From Limnothrix sp. BL-A-16 (GTDB taxonomy: Bacteria; Cyanobacteriota; Cyanobacteriia; CACIAM-69d), in assembly GCA_041937175.2 (NCBI GenBank), contig CP166615.1, positions 416,001 through 480,000 of the forward strand: a stretch of DNA of 64,000 nucleotides, read 5' to 3'. Below, piece by piece: positions 58,939-64,000 of the stretch; position 1 is the stretch's first letter, and each line of letters starts with the position of its first letter. A program made the translations under genes and the position numbers. A model generated the notes under the pieces. That model saw only the letters and a program-made list of their open reading frames with translations, was not told where the DNA came from and did not search any database.

Positions 58939-60450
58939 TCACCACTCCTGGCGGATGTAGTCCGCGACAGCAGCGGCGGCAGGACGGGCGCGCTGGCGGG
59001 CCCAGTCGCGTAATGCCGTTACCTGCTCGGTCATGGTTCTCGACAGCGGCAGGGTTGCCTTGATCGCTGCGATGATGTCGAGTTGGGTAAACTCGCGATC
59101 TTGGGCAAAGGCTTCGTACATGGCCGCGAAGATGGCCTGTTCGATTTCTGCGCCGGAGAAACCATCGGAAACTTTGGCGAGCTGATCCAAATCAAAGCGG
59201 GAGATTTCAGAGCGCCGCTTTTCAAGGTGGATTTGGAAGATTTCGCTCCGTTCGTCCTGGGTGGGCAAATCGACGAAGAAGATTTCGTCAAACCGGCCTT
59301 TGCGCAGGAACTCGCCGGGGAGTCGATCGACCCGGTTGGCCGTCGCCATTACGAACACCGGGGACGTTTTTTCCTGCATCCAGGTGAGAAAGGAGCCAAA
59401 GATGCGGCTGGAGGTTCCTCCATCGGAGTCGGCGGAACCGGCGGAACCGGCGAAGGCCTTGTCCAGTTCATCAATGAACAGGATGACGGGGGAAATCGAC
59501 TCGGCGGTTTTGAGCACCATCCGCAGGTTCTTTTCCGATCGCCCCACGGTGGAGCCGTCGTAGATGCGCCCCATATCCAAGCGCAGCAGGGGCAAACCCC
59601 ACAGCCGGGAGGTGGTTTTGGCAATCAGAGACTTACCGCAACCGGGCACACCCAAAATCAGCATTCCCTTCGGTTGGGGCAAGCCGTATTCCCGGGCCCG
59701 CTCGGTGAAGGCGTTGGAGCGTTGGGTGAGCCACCGTTTCAGCTCTTCGAGACCGCCGACCGATTCGATCGTCTCGTCTTCGTCCATGTATTCCAAAATG
59801 CCGTTGCGACGAATCAACTGCTGCTTTTCGGACAGGACAATTTCGACTTCCGATTCGGTGAGCTTGCCGGTGCTCACATGGGCTTTGCGGTAGACCTTTT
59901 CGGCTTCGTCACGGGTGAGACCGAGGGCTGCTTTGAGCAGTTTCTCACGGGCGATCGGGCTGAGAGGGCGCGATCGGGTCTCTTCGAGTTGTTCACCCAA
60001 CACCTGATCCAGTTCGTTCAGGGTGGGCAAGGGGAAATCCAACACCACGACTTCTTTTTCAAGTTCGATCGGAATTTCCTGAACCGGCGACATCAACACG
60101 ATCGTTTTTTGCATCCCCTTGAATTGGGCGATCGCGTCTCGCAGCCAGCGCTTCACCCCCGGTGAGTCGATGTAGGGATGGAAGTCTTTGAGGATGTAGA
60201 TGCCGGGGTCGCGTTGGCGCACAATCCACTCGATCGCGGCTTCCGGCGAAACGGTGTTGTGTTGCGTCACCGTGCGGGGTTGACCATATTCCACCACCCC
60301 ATGGGTCACCGTCCAAACAAACAGGCGGCGGGGTTGCGTTTTGGATTGGGCAAGGCGGGCGATCGCCTGTTCAGCGCGTTCCTCTTCATAGGTTAGGAGG
60401 TAAACCAGCGGATATTGCGCTCTGACCAGGACGCTTAGTTGCTCTTGCAT
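58939..60450 (-). CDS. ycf46: Ycf46-family AAA+ ATPase
   Basis: TYEEERA, GVPGCGKS Walker A, ILFIDELDK Walker B and LRKGRFDEIFFVDLP. Confidence 0.92.
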   Translation of the reverse strand: MQEQLSVLVRAQYPLVYLLTYEEERAEQAIARLAQSKTQPRRLFVWTVTHGVVEYGQPRTVTQHNTVSPEAAIEWIVRQRDPGIYILKDFHPYIDSPGVKRWLRDAIAQFKGMQKTIVLMSPVQEIPIELEKEVVVLDFPLPTLNELDQVLGEQLEETRSRPLSPIAREKLLKAALGLTRDEAEKVYRKAHVSTGKLTESEVEIVLSEKQQLIRRNGILEYMDEDETIESVGGLEELKRWLTQRSNAFTERAREYGLPQPKGMLILGVPGCGKSLIAKTTSRLWGLPLLRLDMGRIYDGSTVGRSEKNLRMVLKTAESISPVILFIDELDKAFAGSAGSADSDGGTSSRIFGSFLTWMQEKTSPVFVMATANRVDRLPGEFLRKGRFDEIFFVDLPTQDERSEIFQIHLEKRRSEISRFDLDQLAKVSDGFSGAEIEQAIFAAMYEAFAQDREFTQLDIIAAIKATLPLSRTMTEQVTALRDWARQRARPAAAAVADYIRQEW

Positions 60451-60628
60451 AACCCTCGACCCATTCCGCTTGAGTTGGACATGCGATGGACTAGCTTAGA
60501 GACTGAAAATTGCTCTTTATCTAGCCCAACGTGATTAGCCAAAGTGATTAGTAAGTATCTAGCGAGTCCTGAGCGAAATCCTTAAGGGGCTAACCCGCAA
60601 CCGGCACTGAAGCCATTTGGCAGTTGCT

Positions 60629-61027
60629 TCAGCAAGGTACAAGGTTTTCGCTGTTGGAATCGTCCGTGTCGCCACTGGGAGCTTCCTCCTCGGCGGACTC
60701 CGGAGCACCAGCCCGAACCGTCAAGGCCCGTTCGATCGACAGCGTATCTTCGGCAAGAATGCCAGGCTGGCTTCCAAGACCAACCAATTCACCGTCACGC
60801 AGGACTGTGGAGGTTTGACAGACAGGGCAGCTATAGACCCGGTGGGTACGCCCGTAGGGTTCGCTGTGCTCGTCAATGACCTCAGGATGTTCGAGGTAAA
60901 AGGCCACGGCCCGTTCGACAATTGCGGACATCGGTTCCGACTCAACTGCCGCCCGGATTTTGAGTTGACGATGCAACTGTTGGGGGAAGTAGAGCGTGAC
61001 TTTTTGCTTGTCCTGTTTGTCTTGCAT
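60629..61027 (-). CDS. Ribbon-helix-helix (CopG-like) protein with CPVC motif, first gene of the ycf46 operon
   Basis: KVTLYFPQQLHRQLKIRAAVESEPMSAIVERAVAFYL; YSCPVC. Confidence 0.78.
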   Translation of the reverse strand: MQDKQDKQKVTLYFPQQLHRQLKIRAAVESEPMSAIVERAVAFYLEHPEVIDEHSEPYGRTHRVYSCPVCQTSTVLRDGELVGLGSQPGILAEDTLSIERALTVRAGAPESAEEEAPSGDTDDSNSENLVPC

Positions 61028-61061
61028 ATAACTACAAATGAATTACCCGGGTATGAATGTT

Positions 61062-61114
61062 AAGGTATCGGGGCAACGCTAGTCTGTCAAGACAGAAAGC
61101 CGTCTTGCTGTCTT
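61062..61114 (-). promoter_or_regulatory. Sigma70-type promoter (TTGACA-N17-TACCTT) overlapped by AAGAC(A/G)G repeats
   Basis: -35 at 61090-85, -10 at 61067-62; half-sites at 61084-90, 61089-95, 61100-06 and 61108-14. Confidence 0.6.
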
Positions 61115-61302
61115 TTTCGCAATCTTTCTTTACAAAAGATCCCGACCTTCACGGCTCAGTTCATGGCGCGAAAACGGGTTAATCGGTGATTGGGTGGAAC
61201 TTTGAGGGCGATCGGCTGCGATACACTCAGCAAGGGATCAGTCAACAGCCATGTGATCGATGATTGACTTTCCCCTACCCACCCGATCGAGGAGTTAGCA
61301 CC

Positions 61303-61791
61303 ATGCTCGATGAACAAGCCAAAAAGACCATGCTCCGGAAAATTCCCCACGGCATCTATGTCTGTGGTGTGCGAGATCAGGCGGGCGAAGATGTGAACGC
61401 CTTTACGGCTAGTTGGGTCATGCAAGGCTCGTTTAAGCCGCCGTTGGTGGTGAACTGTGTGAATCGGGAATCTGGTTCCCACGCCATGATTGAAGCGAGC
61501 GGCGTGTTTGCGCTGACGGTGTTGGAAGCGGGCCAAAAGGATTTGGCGGCTCAATTTTTCAAGCCCCGTCGCCGGGTGGGCAACAAGTTTGAAGACATCG
61601 AGTTCTATTTGGGCGAGGCCACGGGCTGTCCAATTTTGCCGGACTCACTGGGCTATGTGGAATGCAAGGTGGTTGGCTCGATCGCCCATGGTGATCACAC
61701 GGTTTTTGTGGGCGAGGTGATTGGCGCAGGCATCCACCGGGAAGGAGAAGCGCTGACCCTGGAAAGCACCGGCTGGAACTACGGCGGCTAG
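61303..61791 (+). CDS. Flavin reductase-like domain protein
   Basis: NAFTASWVMQGSFKPPLV, TGCPIL and GDHTVFVGEV motifs; GAGGAG RBS. Confidence 0.9.
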   Translation: MLDEQAKKTMLRKIPHGIYVCGVRDQAGEDVNAFTASWVMQGSFKPPLVVNCVNRESGSHAMIEASGVFALTVLEAGQKDLAAQFFKPRRRVGNKFEDIEFYLGEATGCPILPDSLGYVECKVVGSIAHGDHTVFVGEVIGAGIHREGEALTLESTGWNYGG

Positions 61792-61881
61792 GTATGGCTG
61801 GGTTGACTCCCTGGCTGAAATTGGCTGGTTTGGTCAGCTTGTTTCAGTTGGCCCGTTGTAGTTGACCCATGGATTTTGCCC

Positions 61882-64000
61882 ATGGATATTGAAGCGGCTT
61901 GGCAATTTTCGATCGAACCGCCCCCGGCGGACTGGGTGGCGGCGGTGCGATCAATTCTTGATCGCCTGGATCCGGTGAAGGTAGACAACCCAAAGGCGGC
62001 GGATCCGAAAAGCGGTCGTTCACCGCAAGGCGATCGGGCCCAGTGGCTGGCCCAAGTGTTGTGGGAACGGGGTTGGCGTGATCCAAGCACCTTAGCCGGG
62101 TGGCTCTCGGCGGCGTACTATCAACCCACGGGGCCAGAGGGGTTTGGCTCCGAAATGGCCAAGGCGATCGCGCGGCTGGTGTTGGCCCATGAACGGGGCG
62201 ATCGGGTGGCCATTTGGGGGGATTTTGATGCGGATGGCGTGACGGCCACGGCGGTGCTGTGGGATGGGTTGGGGCAGTTTTTTCCCCAGGGCGATCGGCT
62301 CACTTACTTTGTGCCCGATCGCCTCAAAGAGTCCCATGGCCTATCCCGATCGGGTCTGGAGTCCCTGGCGGCGGCCGGTTGGCAACTGATCGTGACCTGC
62401 GATACGGGCAGCACCAACCTGGCGGAGTTGGCGATCGCGCGGGATTTGGGCTTGGAAGTGATTGTGACCGATCACCACAGCTTGCCCGACCAACGGCCGG
62501 ATTTGGTAGCGTTGGTGAACCCCCGCACCCTCCCGGCCGATTCGCCCTTGGCCAGCCTTTCCGGCGTGGCGGTGGCTTACAAATTGGTAGAAGCCCTTTA
62601 CCAAGCCTTGCCCAGGGTTCCCCAACAGCCCCTCGCGGCCCTGCTGGATCTGGTGGCGATCGGGCTAATTGCGGATTTGGTGGAACTGCGGGGGGATGCT
62701 CGGTACTTGGCCCAAGTGGGGTTGCAGCATCTCCAAAAAACCGATCGCCCCGGATTGCAACTGCTGCTGGAGCGATGCAAGAAAACGGGCGATCGCCCCT
62801 CCGATATTGCCTTTGGCCTGGGCCCGCGCATCAATGCCGCCAGTCGCATCTATGGCGATGCTCACTTTTGCATTGAACTGCTAACCAGTCGCGATCGCGA
62901 TCGGTGTCGCCAATTAGCTGACCAAGTGGAAGCGGCCAACAGTCGCCGCAAAGCCCTGCAAAATGACGTGCTCTGGCGGGCCCGATCGCGCCTGGCCGCC
63001 GCCGATTGGTCCACCACCGCTGTGATTGTGTTGGCGGAAGCGGGTTGGCCCTTGGGTGTTTTGGGGTTAGTGGCGGGTCAACTGGTGCAGGAATTTAACC
63101 GCCCCGTGGTGTTGCTGACCCTGGAAGGCGACATGGCGAAGGGATCCGCCCGATCGCTCCCGGGCCTGGATTTTTACGAAGTCCTGAAGCAACAAACCCA
63201 TTTGCTCGATCGATTTGGGGGCCATCCCCTGGCGGCGGGGTTGGCCTTGCCGGTGGCCAATCTGGATTTGTTTACCCAAGCCCTGGAACGGGAAGTGCGT
63301 CAACGTTGCCCCGCCCGATCACCCCAGCCCATCACGGCCGATTTGACCGTAACCGTGGCAGACTTGCTGCTCGATCGGGGACGGGCCCTGTTTCAAGCCC
63401 TGAAGTGGCTGGAACCTTGCGGCATGGGGAACCCGGCCCCGCGCTTGCTGATTCGGCAAGTCCGGTTCCAAAATCTGCAAGTCCGCCGCCTGCACCTGGG
63501 ATCCCAAAAATTGCGGTATCTCTACACCCGCTTTGAAATTCAAGATGACTCGGCCACCGAACCTTTCCCGGGCATTTGGTGGGACTGTTTGCCGGAAGCC
63601 ATTCCCAAGGGATCCTGTGACTTGGTGGCGGAGTTGGATTTCAATGCCCGCGATAAGTGCTATCAATTGCGGCCCTTGGCAGTGCGCCCAGCCGATCGCC
63701 CCTTGGTGCGCGATCTCGCTGGTACGATTCCCGTTTGGGATTATCGGCAAGGGTTACCTACCGCCGACTTGCCATCGCCCGCCGAGATGTTGTGGGTTGA
63801 TCAATGCCCGACCCGTTGGGAAGACTGGCAGCAAATCGCCCGCCAAGCCCTGGACGATCAACGCCCGATCGCCCTGACTTATCAGCCGATTTTGGAACCC
63901 AGCCCCGATCGCACCTGGCAAACCCTGTTGGGGATGGCGAAATATCTGAGCCGCACTGGCCAAACTGTCGATCGAGCATTGCTCGCAGAGCGATTAGCCC
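61882..64000 (+). CDS. recJ: Single-stranded DNA exonuclease RecJ (runs off the window end; absent from the ORF track)
   Basis: Manual translation: IWGDFDADG (about 62212), IVTCDTG, IVTDHH (about 62461), LSGVAVAYKL, GPRINA, KGSARS, FGGHPLAAG and LEPCGMGNP. Confidence 0.93.
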   Translation, partial: MDIEAAWQFSIEPPPADWVAAVRSILDRLDPVKVDNPKAADPKSGRSPQGDRAQWLAQVLWERGWRDPSTLAGWLSAAYYQPTGPEGFGSEMAKAIARLVLAHERGDRVAIWGDFDADGVTATAVLWDGLGQFFPQGDRLTYFVPDRLKESHGLSRSGLESLAAAGWQLIVTCDTGSTNLAELAIARDLGLEVIVTDHHSLPDQRPDLVALVNPRTLPADSPLASLSGVAVAYKLVEALYQALPRVPQQPLAALLDLVAIGLIADLVELRGDARYLAQVGLQHLQKTDRPGLQLLLERCKKTGDRPSDIAFGLGPRINAASRIYGDAHFCIELLTSRDRDRCRQLADQVEAANSRRKALQNDVLWRARSRLAAADWSTTAVIVLAEAGWPLGVLGLVAGQLVQEFNRPVVLLTLEGDMAKGSARSLPGLDFYEVLKQQTHLLDRFGGHPLAAGLALPVANLDLFTQALEREVRQRCPARSPQPITADLTVTVADLLLDRGRALFQALKWLEPCGMGNPAPRLLIRQVRFQNLQVRRLHLGSQKLRYLYTRFEIQDDSATEPFPGIWWDCLPEAIPKGSCDLVAELDFNARDKCYQLRPLAVRPADRPLVRDLAGTIPVWDYRQGLPTADLPSPAEMLWVDQCPTRWEDWQQIARQALDDQRPIALTYQPILEPSPDRTWQTLLGMAKYLSRTGQTVDRALLAERLA

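Noticed and set aside
59083..60165. 360-aa ORF antisense to ycf46
   Set aside because: Shadow frame of a conserved gene
62259..62876. 205-aa ORF and other short ORFs near the window end
   Set aside because: Alternative frames of recJ, which is open from 61882 and was missed by the track because it has no stop in the window

Overview
Chromosomal window from a cyanobacterium (dense HIP1 octamer GCGATCGC; phycobilisome, Hox and ATP synthase genes). In order: the bidirectional NiFe-hydrogenase cluster hoxEFUY-orf-hoxH-hoxW followed by nifJ (PFOR) and a dihydroorotate-dehydrogenase-like gene; hemH; a methyltransferase; a YdcF protein; two hypothetical proteins; an SpkA-like kinase; a mannose-1-P guanylyltransferase; an IS110 element; an EVE protein; ppk1; a TPR-GT61 glycosyltransferase; two paralogous RTX/Calx-beta secreted proteins; apcE; the atp1-a-c-b'-b-delta-alpha-gamma operon; a ferredoxin; apcABC; ftsW; a hybrid histidine kinase; ccsB/ccdA; a ycf46/ycf35 operon; a flavin reductase; and recJ (truncated by the window end). 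The standout is a complete IS110 element (22685-24008, CT core at both junctions). Its 5' non-coding end reads as a bridge RNA: guide segments match both its own insertion site (ACAGGCC-CT-AAGTC) and its circle junction (ACAGTAT-CT-TGTAT), and a promoter is completed only on circularisation. The target is the junction between the end of a 142-bp MITE and a REP-like palindrome, giving a three-level nesting (REP > MITE > IS110). All calls were made by eye from motifs; no searches were run.
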